A DNA stretch of 64,000 nucleotides from an uncultured bacterium (GTDB lineage Bacteria > Patescibacteriota > Microgenomatia > UBA1400 > UBA12108): positions 23,231 through 87,230 of the forward strand of contig CAJAUT010000009.1 in the NCBI GenBank assembly GCA_903945195.1, written 5' to 3'. The position numbers and the translations under genes were made by a program. Of the stretch, positions 1 through 9,817 are shown one piece after another. How positions within the stretch are numbered: position 1 is the stretch's first letter; the number at the start of each line of letters is the position of its first letter. The notes beneath the pieces were generated by a model that was not told the DNA's origin, did not search any database, and was given only the letters and a program-made list of their open reading frames with translations.

Positions 1-373
1 GATCGGAAATAATAGATAAATAAGTGCCGCCAGAAATATCTTCTTGAAGCTGGAGAGTATAACCTGATGCATCAAGCTCTGAGGCAGCCAAGTTGCGAGA
101 GATAATGGTTGATGCATTTGATACTAAATTTATACTTGTTTCATAAATGCTGAGACCGTCTGTGGAGCTAGGCACTAGCTTGATTGTGTAGGCACCAGGT
201 TTCATGTTTTTGTCTGAAAAGGGAGTTTCGCCTTTGTTTACTTCATTGATAAAGACTGTAGAACCTGGAATACTTGAAATCTCTAAACCAGCTGAAGGTT
301 TCACAAAAAGATCTTTTGGAGTGCATCCACCAAGAAATAATGCAGCTAATGTGATGATTAATATCTTTTTCAT
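1..373 (-). CDS. PEGA-domain-like lipoprotein (runs off window start)
   Basis: Manual translation from ATG at 373: MKKILIITLAALFLGGCTPK...LEISSIPGSTVFINEVNKGETP...PGAYTIKL; lipobox-like LGGC and PEGA-like S-x-P-G-x-x-V-F-I/G-x-T-P pattern. Confidence 0.65.
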   Translation of the reverse strand, partial: MKKILIITLAALFLGGCTPKDLFVKPSAGLEISSIPGSTVFINEVNKGETPFSDKNMKPGAYTIKLVPSSTDGLSIYETSINLVSNASTIISRNLAASELDASGYTLQLQEDISGGTYLSIISD

Positions 374-484
374 AGAGCTTTTATAGTATAACACTTGAAA
401 TCTTGACAACTCCCCTCTTTATTATTATAGGCCCTATCTGTCATCTGGAATACAAGAGGGCTCTGTTATAATAAATAGATTGTT

Positions 485-556
485 GGCGCAATGGCGAAGT
501 GGAAACGCCGAAGTCTGCAAAACTTCTATGCGAGGGTTCGATTCCCTCTTGCGCCT
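485..556 (+). tRNA. tRNA-Cys(GCA), CCA not encoded
   Basis: Acceptor GGCGCAA/TTGCGCC, anticodon arm GAAGT-CTGCAAA-ACTTC, T arm GAGGG-TTCGATT-CCCTC, discriminator U. Confidence 0.95.
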
Positions 557-574
557 CAATATATCATTAAAATT

Positions 575-1648
575 TTAAGCGTTGGCGATATCTATTGCGG
601 TTTCTATGAGTCTATTGGAATAACCCCATTCGTTGTCGTACCAGGCAAAGACTTTGACTAAATCACCATCTATAACCTGCGTGAGTTCTAAATCGACTAT
701 GGCTGACTCTCGCCTACCGATGATATCTGAGGAGACTATAGGTTCTTCGGTCACTGCCAAGATACCCGCCAAACTATCTGAAAGGATGGCTTGACGGAAG
801 AAATTGTTGACTTCTTCGACTGTGGTTTTGCGTTTAACGATAAAGGTAAAGTCCGTCATGGAACCAGTGATTGTGGGGACGCGTAGTGCGATGCCATCAA
901 AGAGCCCTTTTAGCTCTGGAATGGCCTCTGTGGCGGCAATGGCGGCACCAGTACTGGTTGGGACGATGTTGTGGGCAGCGGCTCTAGCCCGGCGGAGATC
1001 CTTGTGGGAACCGTCCTGCAAATTTTGGTCGTCTGTGTAGCTGTGGATAGTGGTCATGGCGGCTTTGGCTATGCCTAGTCTCTCATGGATGACAATGGCA
1101 ACTGGAGCTACACAATTTGTGGTGCAGGAAGCATTGTTTAAGACTGCGATGGTGTTGCGCCTGTCTTCTGCGACAATCTTGGCTTCGTTGACTCCTATGA
1201 CAGAAGTGGGGACTCCCCCACCCACGGACGGAGCTGAGATGACTACTTGCTTGGCACCGCCCAGGAGATGAGCTTTGGCTTTTTCCTCCGATGTAAAAGC
1301 GCCAGTGGATTCGATAACTACTTCAACATTGTGTTTGCCCCAGGGTATTTTGGCTGGATCCCTTTGGGCAAAGACTGGGATTTTGACTTGTTTGTCTAAA
1401 ATGAGGTAGCCAATGAGTGGATCTGTGTCTGTGGCCTCTTTAGAACTTTGATATTTTTCATATGAGATGTCCCCAGGAAAAATACCATAAGTGGTGTCGT
1501 ATTTTAAAAGATGGGCCCAACCATCTATGTCCATAGAGCCCGAAGTATTGATTGCTACCAAAGAGATATCTTGCCTGTGATACTGCCACCAAACCCTGGT
1601 AGAAAGCCTCCCAATACGTCCAAAACCGTTTATCGCAATGTTCTTCAT
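575..1648 (-). CDS. gap: Glyceraldehyde-3-phosphate dehydrogenase, type I
   Basis: INGFGRIGR, ASCTTNC active site, WYDNEWGYS. Confidence 0.97.
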   Translation of the reverse strand: MKNIAINGFGRIGRLSTRVWWQYHRQDISLVAINTSGSMDIDGWAHLLKYDTTYGIFPGDISYEKYQSSKEATDTDPLIGYLILDKQVKIPVFAQRDPAKIPWGKHNVEVVIESTGAFTSEEKAKAHLLGGAKQVVISAPSVGGGVPTSVIGVNEAKIVAEDRRNTIAVLNNASCTTNCVAPVAIVIHERLGIAKAAMTTIHSYTDDQNLQDGSHKDLRRARAAAHNIVPTSTGAAIAATEAIPELKGLFDGIALRVPTITGSMTDFTFIVKRKTTVEEVNNFFRQAILSDSLAGILAVTEEPIVSSDIIGRRESAIVDLELTQVIDGDLVKVFAWYDNEWGYSNRLIETAIDIANA

Positions 1649-1778
1649 AACTCTAGCTTACAGCATGCACATGACAACGTACAGCCCAATAATTGACGCT
1701 ATCTGATATACTTTGATATATATGACTATTTACCTCTGGTAATATTTTATTCCTGCCTGGCGGTTTACCCTATAACAG

Positions 1779-1806
1779 TTGACATTCCTAGGATATTTGC
1801 TAGGAT
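1779..1806 (+). promoter_or_regulatory. Sigma70-type promoter for M23 peptidase
   Basis: TTGACA-16nt-TAGGAT with TG extension. Confidence 0.45.
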
Positions 1807-1838
1807 CCTTCACTTCAGGGGCTAATTAAACCCCAAAT

Positions 1839-2393
1839 ATGACTAAAGCAGTGTGCAGATGGAAAATCTTTAAAAGACATGCGACTCGCCGAGTAATCGG
1901 AATGCAGTTTGCTGGACTAGCTATGGCTTTGTCACTTGTGACGATGCCTACTCATGCTTTTGATTACAACTTGGCTCAAGCCAAGCTAGACGAAGTCCCA
2001 TACGAAGTAGTTACTACTACAAACTCTGAGTATGTATTTCCTCTTGAATGGACTCTTGGTATGTCTCAAGGATATCACGGGGTCCACCCTGGGATAGATC
2101 TACGTGCTCCAGTTGGGACTAAAGTCCTATCTATGGCCGAAGGCACCATCATTGAAGTTGGAGATATGCTAATAGGCTACGGACACTTTGTCCGCATTGC
2201 ACACCGCGGTACTGTTTCTTCTCTTTATGCTCATCTAGATAAGGTCAGCGTCAAATCTGGTCAAAAAGTAAAGCGTGGTGAAGTGCTTGGCACTGTGGGA
2301 ATGACAGGATGGACCACTGGTCCTCACCTACATTTTGAAGTCCACTCTGGTGAAAGATCCTCAAATCCTTTGAACTATTTTTCTGTCCGATAA
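1839..2393 (+). CDS. M23 family metallopeptidase with N-terminal signal/TM
   Basis: HPGID (HxxxD), YAHL, TGPHLHFE (HxH). Confidence 0.9.
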   Translation: MTKAVCRWKIFKRHATRRVIGMQFAGLAMALSLVTMPTHAFDYNLAQAKLDEVPYEVVTTTNSEYVFPLEWTLGMSQGYHGVHPGIDLRAPVGTKVLSMAEGTIIEVGDMLIGYGHFVRIAHRGTVSSLYAHLDKVSVKSGQKVKRGEVLGTVGMTGWTTGPHLHFEVHSGERSSNPLNYFSVR

Positions 2394-2397
2394 TAAT

Positions 2398-2424
2398 GCG
2401 GGAGACCGTATAGGTCGCCCCTAC
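2398..2424 (-). repeat. GTAG-type REP-like hairpin between convergent genes
   Basis: Minus strand GTAGGGGCGACC-TATAC-GGTCTCCCGC: GTAG foot followed by an imperfect palindrome. Confidence 0.55.
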
Positions 2425-2427
2425 GAA

Positions 2428-3144
2428 TTATTTTACGATTGTGCCAATCTTCTCACCCATGACGGCTCTTTTGGAGTTGCCTTTTTCGAAGAAGTTGAAG
2501 ACCATGATAGGAAGTTTATTGTCCATACAGAGCGCAAAGGCTGAGGTGTCCATAATCTCTAAACGCTCTTTGAGGGCGTCCATGAAGCCTAACTCCTCGT
2601 ATTTTTTGGCACCGGGGAACTTGTTTGGATCTTTGTCGTAGACTCCGTCTACTTTGGTGGCTTTTAAGATGACATCGCAACCTAGCTCGAGACCACGCAA
2701 GGCAGCGCCTGTATCTGTGGTGAAGTAAGGGGCGCCTGTGCCAGCGGCTAAGATAAGTACCCTACCCTTGTCCATGTGGCGGATGGCGCGGCGACGGATA
2801 TAGGGTTCGGCTACGGCCGGCATCTCTAGGCCAGACTGAACCCGTGTATCTACACCTATCTTTTCTAGAGCATCTTGGATGGCAAGACTATTCATGACGG
2901 TGGCAAGCATGCCCATGTAGTCGGCGGTAGAGCGTTCTATACCATTGGCCGCTCCAGCGATGCCGCGGAATATATTACCTGCGCCGATGACTACTATGAC
3001 CTGAGCACCTGTGTCGTGAACGGATTTAATTTCTTGGGCTACTTCGCTAGCAGCCTTTGGGTCGATGCCGTATTCGCGTTCGCCTAGGAGAGATTCTCCG
3101 CCGAGTTTGAGAAGTACGCGTTTAAAGTGTGGGACAGCTGCCAT
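2428..3144 (-). CDS. pyrH: UMP kinase
   Basis: [46 protein letters not shown]. Confidence 0.97.
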   Translation of the reverse strand: MAAVPHFKRVLLKLGGESLLGEREYGIDPKAASEVAQEIKSVHDTGAQVIVVIGAGNIFRGIAGAANGIERSTADYMGMLATVMNSLAIQDALEKIGVDTRVQSGLEMPAVAEPYIRRRAIRHMDKGRVLILAAGTGAPYFTTDTGAALRGLELGCDVILKATKVDGVYDKDPNKFPGAKKYEELGFMDALKERLEIMDTSAFALCMDNKLPIMVFNFFEKGNSKRAVMGEKIGTIVK

Positions 3145-3187
3145 AAAAAATCCTCCGATACTGTTATGCTAGAGAATAGGATGTCAT

Positions 3188-3217
3188 AAAAAAGCCCCTT
3201 GTGCAAGGGGCTTTTTA
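3188..3217. terminator. Rho-independent terminator (bidirectional) downstream of groEL
   Basis: AAAAAA-GCCCCTTG-TG-CAAGGGGC-TTTTT. Confidence 0.85.
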
Positions 3218-3300
3218 TTTTTTATACAATTATCTTTTTTTACATCATACCGCCCACCCTCCTTCGCTCTATCGAGCTGCGGACGGGCACAGTGCCTGAC

Positions 3301-4995
<1,695 letters not shown>

Positions 4996-5301
4996 TTATT
5001 TATTAATAACAGCAAGGATATCTTCGAATTTGAGGAATTGGTATTCGACTCCATTTATCTTGACGTCGTTGCCACCCCATTTTTTATAGACGACATGATC
5101 CCCTACTTTAACTGGAGATTTGATAGTGGCACCGGCTTCGGTTGACCAATCGGCTCCTACTGCCAAGACCGTGCCGGCCTGAGGTTTTTCGCTTGAGTTG
5201 TCCGGGAGATAGATACCTCCTGGTGTTTGAGTCTGCTTACTTTCTGGCTCGACTAAGACATAGCCAGGCATGGGTGAGAGTTTTTTTGGATCTAGTTGCA
5301 T
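4996..5301 (-). CDS. groS: Co-chaperonin GroES
   Basis: TPGGIYLP, GTVLAVG, EDILAV; AGGAGG SD; upstream of groEL. Confidence 0.95.
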   Translation of the reverse strand: MQLDPKKLSPMPGYVLVEPESKQTQTPGGIYLPDNSSEKPQAGTVLAVGADWSTEAGATIKSPVKVGDHVVYKKWGGNDVKINGVEYQFLKFEDILAVINK

Positions 5302-5327
5302 AGCTCCTCCTAAATAAAAATATATAA

Positions 5328-5354
5328 TTAGCAGTTAAATGCTTTGAGTGCTAT
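5328..5354. promoter_or_regulatory. CIRCE (HrcA operator)
   Basis: TTAGCAGTT-N9-GAGTGCTAT vs consensus TTAGCACTC-N9-GAGTGCTAA, just upstream of groES. Confidence 0.8.
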
Positions 5355-5396
5355 ATTAACAAAGTTAGAGTGGAAACGTCAACTGGATCAAAGTGA

Positions 5397-5948
5397 TTAG
5401 CCTACTTGAACCTCGGAGAGCAAGACACCTTCGCAGATAAGACCGCGGTTTTGGAATTCGAGATTGAGTTCTTGTTTGAGGGTACTTTCTAGACTGGCGC
5501 GGGAGTTTTTGACTACATTTGCGTCGACTGTTGAGAAAATGGCAGAGATCTTGGATCTACTAAAAGGGCGAATCACTTTAGAGACAAAGTGCTCCCCGAT
5601 GTTTTCCCAGAGCTCAGGAGCATTTGCCTTATCAATGCGAAATAAAATAGAGCCTTCAGCTACTACCGAAACTCCATCTTTAGTGGTGGATTTGATGGGC
5701 TCATCTCCCATGATTTCTCTATTGCTTAAATCAAAACCTTTGTGGATGGTGTATTCAAGGACCTGGGCATTGAAGAGCTTGGCTACCTGCCAAAAGGGAA
5801 TTTTTAAGTGAAGTCCTGGGCCAAAAACATTTTTGAGAACACCGCGACCGCGGTCGTAGATACAAGCAATGTGGCCAGGTGGAACAGAGATAAAAAATCC
5901 CCCTACTACCTCATCAGCCAAGAAAGAAACAACTAGATTGTCGAACAT
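5397..5948 (-). CDS. SPFH/band 7 domain protein
   Basis: PGLHLKIPFWQ, TKDG, RGLICEGVLL; start moved to ATG 5948 (TACAAT 6 nt upstream). Confidence 0.75.
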   Translation of the reverse strand: MFDNLVVSFLADEVVGGFFISVPPGHIACIYDRGRGVLKNVFGPGLHLKIPFWQVAKLFNAQVLEYTIHKGFDLSNREIMGDEPIKSTTKDGVSVVAEGSILFRIDKANAPELWENIGEHFVSKVIRPFSRSKISAIFSTVDANVVKNSRASLESTLKQELNLEFQNRGLICEGVLLSEVQVG

Positions 5949-5960
5949 ATGCAAATTGTA

Positions 5961-6752
5961 TCACGAAGTGTGTGGTGGAGGGGATGAGTGCCCCACTTCG
6001 CCTTCGGCTACGCTTGGGGTCTCCGCTTCGCTTCGAGGAGTGTATTTTTCAACTAACTTATTGCCCCACTCTTGAATGAGTTTGACTGCATGATAAACAG
6101 CGGAAAAAGCCAGAGAGGTGATGACAAAGATCTTTTTACCTGAAGGGAGGAACATAAAGATCACAAAGGAGCCAATTGGGAGAACTATTTGAAGAAGAGC
6201 CTTGTCTTTGCGCGAGACCGGGAATGGAGAGCGCAGGGCAACTAGTACCTCTACCACAAAAATCATGAGTGACTGGATGATGTTTAGGGTGGCGTTGGTA
6301 CGAGAGAGATCATACTTACCTAAGAACATGAGATTGATATGATCTGGGACTGGGATAAAGTCGTAAAGCAAATGGAAATCTGCACCCTCCAGACCTGTGG
6401 TAAAGATGCGATATAGCATGATAATAAGTAATAGACCAATAAAGAGATTGACGGAGGTGGCCAGAACCGAGCTAATGTTGCTGCGCATGATAGCTTTGAT
6501 CTCGGCTCTTTGACGGATGGGCTCGTGCGCGTAAGCCCTTTTGGCTATTTCGATCTTTTCTACAATTTTCTTTTTTTCTTCTTCTGATCTTTCACCTGCG
6601 AGCCTTAAAGGAAATAATAAAATTTGAATGATAATGGAAAAGATAATGACTGCAATACCCATGTCAGCTAGCTCTGGAGAGATACGTCCCAGGATTTCGT
6701 AGAGACCCACCAAGATATTAAAGAGTGGTTGGTAGATATAGGTTTCGAACAT
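5961..6752 (-). CDS. YidC/Oxa1 family membrane protein (second paralogue)
   Basis: YIYQPLFNIL, DMGIAVIIFSIIIQILLFPL, FLGKYDLS; C-terminal tail derived from repeats. Confidence 0.7.
   Translation of the reverse strand: MFETYIYQPLFNILVGLYEILGRISPELADMGIAVIIFSIIIQILLFPLRLAGERSEEEKKKIVEKIEIAKRAYAHEPIRQRAEIKAIMRSNISSVLATSVNLFIGLLLIIMLYRIFTTGLEGADFHLLYDFIPVPDHINLMFLGKYDLSRTNATLNIIQSLMIFVVEVLVALRSPFPVSRKDKALLQIVLPIGSFVIFMFLPSGKKIFVITSLAFSAVYHAVKLIQEWGNKLVEKYTPRSEAETPSVAEGEVGHSSPPPHTS
5991..6040 (+). repeat. Two adjacent REP-like hairpins inside the 3' end of the YidC paralogue
   Basis: CCCCA-cttcgccttcggctacgct-TGGGG and CTCC-gcttcgcttcga-GGAG. Confidence 0.55.
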
Positions 6753-6759
6753 AGAGATA

Positions 6760-7257
6760 TTATACTTGGTTTTGTTTAATTATCTGCGTGGTTGAGATTT
6801 CTGGGTTGAAGGTGTGTACTACTTTTAGACTTCCTCCGTATTTTTCTACTAGAAAGGTTTTACTCTTGATGTGAGTGGTGTGCTCTGAAACTGCGTAGAT
6901 ATTTGGCTTGATGGCAGACATTAGCGATTCGTAGGCATCAAAGTTGTTGAAATCGTCTGGCAATGCAATTACTAGTACTCCAGTTTTCCAGTTTTCCAGT
7001 TTTCCGGCAAGATCCAATATGTGCTGACAGCGCACTGACTGAGTTTCAATTGGTCTGCCATCCCCTTTAGCCTGAAGCGCGCGCAGATCAGATTCAACAG
7101 CTACTACTAAGACATCGCCGGCTGATTTGGCTTTTTGTAAAAAATTGATGTGTTCTTTGTGAAGTAAATCAAAAAAACCTGTGGCTAGGACAAGCTTTTG
7201 ACCCTCACCTCGTAGATTGGAACAAACAGGCTCAATCGATGAAATTGTGTAAAACAT
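6760..7257 (-). CDS. Cytidylyltransferase-like (RfaE/TagD/FAD synthase family) protein
   Basis: ATGFFDLLHKEH (HIGH-like), KGDGRPI, ISTTQII. Confidence 0.8.
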   Translation of the reverse strand: MFYTISSIEPVCSNLRGEGQKLVLATGFFDLLHKEHINFLQKAKSAGDVLVVAVESDLRALQAKGDGRPIETQSVRCQHILDLAGKLENWKTGVLVIALPDDFNNFDAYESLMSAIKPNIYAVSEHTTHIKSKTFLVEKYGGSLKVVHTFNPEISTTQIIKQNQV

Positions 7258-7278
7258 AATTATGATTATAGCCCCTAA

Positions 7279-7357
7279 AGGTCTGACCTGGTCTCCCGAT
7301 TGTATTTTGAAGTCGACTAAACACTCCCTTTGGTCGTCTCCTTAGCAGGTCAGACCT
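7279..7357 (+). repeat. Palindromic cassette, type A, copy A1
   Basis: AGGTCTGACC-tggtctcccgattgtattttgaagtcgactaaaca...ccttagc-AGGTCAGACCT. Confidence 0.9.
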
Positions 7358-8318
7358 TTAACACGGGGGGTGAGGGATCCAGTGGGTGGAAGAAGGCGCT
7401 ATTTATAGTGATGTATTCGCGAGTGAGTTTGGGTCGCATATAAAAGTATTGGAGATGAAAAAGTAAATATTCAATAGTATCCGATAAGGTCTGACCTGGT
7501 CTCCTGATTAACCCTTTAGGGTCTGACCTTCCCGCCTTTGAGTATGCGGGTTGGGCACATCCATCAAGGTCAGACCCTGTAATCACGTTTGACAAATATT
7601 TTTTGATCCAAGGATTGGCGGCAAGGAGAACGTCACGAGTATCTGAGGGATCGTAAACTGGGACAGCTTGAATAAGTTCGTAGGCTGTATAGATAGATTG
7701 CTTATGAGTTGGGAGCAGGTAGGAATCAGGTGTGAGATAAAGATTGAGACAAAGTTTGCCAGAATTATTGATGGAATGGGGAGTGCGGCGAAGACCTAGT
7801 AGAGTGGTGAGAATTGTTAGGATGAATCTGGTAGTCCAGAGTTTACCCTCTGCTGTAATAATCATGAAGTCGATATCAGAGTCGTTTTTTGAGTTATTCA
7901 TGGCAAGGGAACCTGTGAGATAGATTGCTTTGATAAATGGAGCGTGACTTATTTTTTTGGAAAGTGTTATGGCTCTTAATAGTTGAGGATTTGAAGATTT
8001 TAAATGATTGCTGCGACGAGCTACCAATGATTTTTTGCCAGGGAGATGATAATAATCTTGCGTTTGTTGAATCATTTTACTCTTGAGCATTAGCTGCAAA
8101 GTTCCGAACACTCGTTCTAAAGAACAAGGTTCGGAACTGATTAATCGCAAGTGAATTTCTGAGGCGGTGAGGGGGAAGCCGAAGTGATCTGAGTATTTAA
8201 TGGTTTTGATTATTGAAGTTCCGATGAGGTCTGTAATACCTTTAGGGTCTGACCTTCCCGCCTTTGAGTCTGCGGGTTGGGCACTTCCTTCAAGGTTAGA
8301 CCCTTTGGGAAACTTCAT
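7350..8318 (-). CDS. Nucleotidyltransferase-domain protein carrying in-frame repeat peptides
   Basis: TGSLAM...SDIDF (GS..DxD pol-beta NTase motif); GSxL..AQPAxSKAGRSDP twice. Confidence 0.75.
   Translation of the reverse strand: MKFPKGSNLEGSAQPADSKAGRSDPKGITDLIGTSIIKTIKYSDHFGFPLTASEIHLRLISSEPCSLERVFGTLQLMLKSKMIQQTQDYYHLPGKKSLVARRSNHLKSSNPQLLRAITLSKKISHAPFIKAIYLTGSLAMNNSKNDSDIDFMIITAEGKLWTTRFILTILTTLLGLRRTPHSINNSGKLCLNLYLTPDSYLLPTHKQSIYTAYELIQAVPVYDPSDTRDVLLAANPWIKKYLSNVITGSDLDGCAQPAYSKAGRSDPKGLIRRPGQTLSDTIEYLLFHLQYFYMRPKLTREYITINSAFFHPLDPSPPVLKV
7488..7577 (+). repeat. Truncated type A arm plus type B cassette copy B1 (7519-7577)
   Basis: GGTCTGACCtggtctcctgatt, then GGGTCTGACC-ttcccgcctttgagtatgcgggttgggc...-GGTCAGACCC. 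Confidence 0.85.
8245..8303 (+). repeat. Type B cassette copy B2
   Basis: GGGTCTGACC-ttcccgcctttgagtctgcgggttgggcacttccttcaa-GGTTAGACCC. Confidence 0.85.
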
Positions 8319-9799
8319 TTTGCCTCGGGATATTTGAGCAGCAACTGTTTAACTCCCTCATCGAGTGGCTTGATGACGGCCGCGATTGTAGAGCCACCAT
8401 TGATACCGTTGATCGCGTCTTCATAATATTTACTAATGCCATCGTTGATGCCGTCGTCAAAAGTACGATCTGCCATATACCAAGATTTGTAGTTTGGGCC
8501 TTGGGAAACATAAGGACCTGCCAGTGGGTCATTGGCTAAGCTACTAGCTAGGCTGGTGAGTGAGTAGGGTTCACCGAGCGCGCGTATTTGAGAAGCCCCT
8601 GCATACATTTTTTGAAGAACTTCTGGAGTGCTTAGATATTTGATAAACTTCCAGGCTTCGGTTTGATTTTTGCTAGTTAGGGGGACTGCTTCTCCCCAGT
8701 AAGTGGCCCAGGCGAAATTGGCTGAAGGCAAGACAGGAGCTGGAGCTACTTTGAAATTTAGATCTGGATTGATGGCTTTGATTTCTGAGACTTGCCAGGA
8801 CGGGGCTAGGATCATGGCGACTGTACCCGTAGCAAAAGCATAGACAGAATTTGGCTGAGTAGCGTCCCATGATTTGTCTTGGGTAGAGATGATTGTGTAG
8901 AAAGTGAGGGCATCTTGGACGGCAGTTTCGCTAGGCTTTCCTGGATCTCCTGAGTTTTGCAGGATGAGTAGACCGAGGATGTCTGACCAATTATCTACAT
9001 TGTTTGTAGTACCTAGTGCAACCCCGGCCCTTTCTATGATTTTAGTTTCTGGATTGGTTTTGGTTAGATCAAATGCTAGTTTGCGCAAAGCGTTCCAATC
9101 CGAAGGAGGAGTAGCCCCCGATTCTTTCAAGATGTCTTCGTTGTACAACAGGGCCAGCCCGTCAATTTCTAAGGGAAGGCCATAGATCTTGCCACCACTT
9201 ACGAAGTTCTTTTGGACAATTGGATAATAGGAGCTTAGATCACTAACTTTTAAAATAGTGTCAGGAGCTGGTGATAAATCTTTTTTTAACATGGGAAGCC
9301 AAGTGTTGTGAATGCGGACAATGTCTGGGGCGTCAGCTTGAGTTCCAGCTGCAAGGAAGCGAGTGCGGTAGTTTTTTGGCGCTTGCATAGTGTAGTTGAT
9401 TTTGATGTTTGGATTTTTGGCTTCATAATCGGCTATCACACCCTGCATGACTGAACTGGGTTCCCATAATCCCCAATAATTGAGGGTGGTTACTATGGTT
9501 TTTTTGTTAAACATCGGGATGACCACCATGGCAAGAACTATCAAGACTACAATAGCTCCGAGTCCTATGACTACTGGGATAAGATTGCGGAAGGGCGAGG
9601 ATGATGGCGCTGCAACTGTAGTACTGGCTAATGAAGGAGCTGGTTGAACGGGTTCCTGAGAAGTTGGCGCTACATAAAGTGGGGGCGCTTCGTTTTTAAT
9701 GTCGGCAGTTCCCATTTCTTTGCCTTGTACTGACAAATCAATCGCGCCAGTAACTGGCGTACTACCGTAATCTTTGGTTGGATCAGGAAACTTTGGCAT
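8315..9799 (-). CDS. Membrane-anchored extracellular solute-binding protein (family 1, sugar type)
   Basis: Pro-rich N-terminus, TM helix, LNYWGLWE, APDIVRIHN, IYGLP..DGLALLYN, AWKFIKYL. Confidence 0.8.
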   Translation of the reverse strand: MPKFPDPTKDYGSTPVTGAIDLSVQGKEMGTADIKNEAPPLYVAPTSQEPVQPAPSLASTTVAAPSSSPFRNLIPVVIGLGAIVVLIVLAMVVIPMFNKKTIVTTLNYWGLWEPSSVMQGVIADYEAKNPNIKINYTMQAPKNYRTRFLAAGTQADAPDIVRIHNTWLPMLKKDLSPAPDTILKVSDLSSYYPIVQKNFVSGGKIYGLPLEIDGLALLYNEDILKESGATPPSDWNALRKLAFDLTKTNPETKIIERAGVALGTTNNVDNWSDILGLLILQNSGDPGKPSETAVQDALTFYTIISTQDKSWDATQPNSVYAFATGTVAMILAPSWQVSEIKAINPDLNFKVAPAPVLPSANFAWATYWGEAVPLTSKNQTEAWKFIKYLSTPEVLQKMYAGASQIRALGEPYSLTSLASSLANDPLAGPYVSQGPNYKSWYMADRTFDDGINDGISKYYEDAINGINGGSTIAAVIKPLDEGVKQLLLKYPEAK

Positions 9800-9817
9800 G
9801 GTACCATGATATCAGAC

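Noticed and set aside
429-461. GCCCT...AGGGC hairpin upstream of tRNA-Cys as an ncRNA
   Set aside because: Short imperfect stem, no recognisable family or second copy
485-556. tRNA-Cys 3' end as an integration site
   Set aside because: No duplicate of the tRNA 3' end or integrase seen in the window; gap follows immediately
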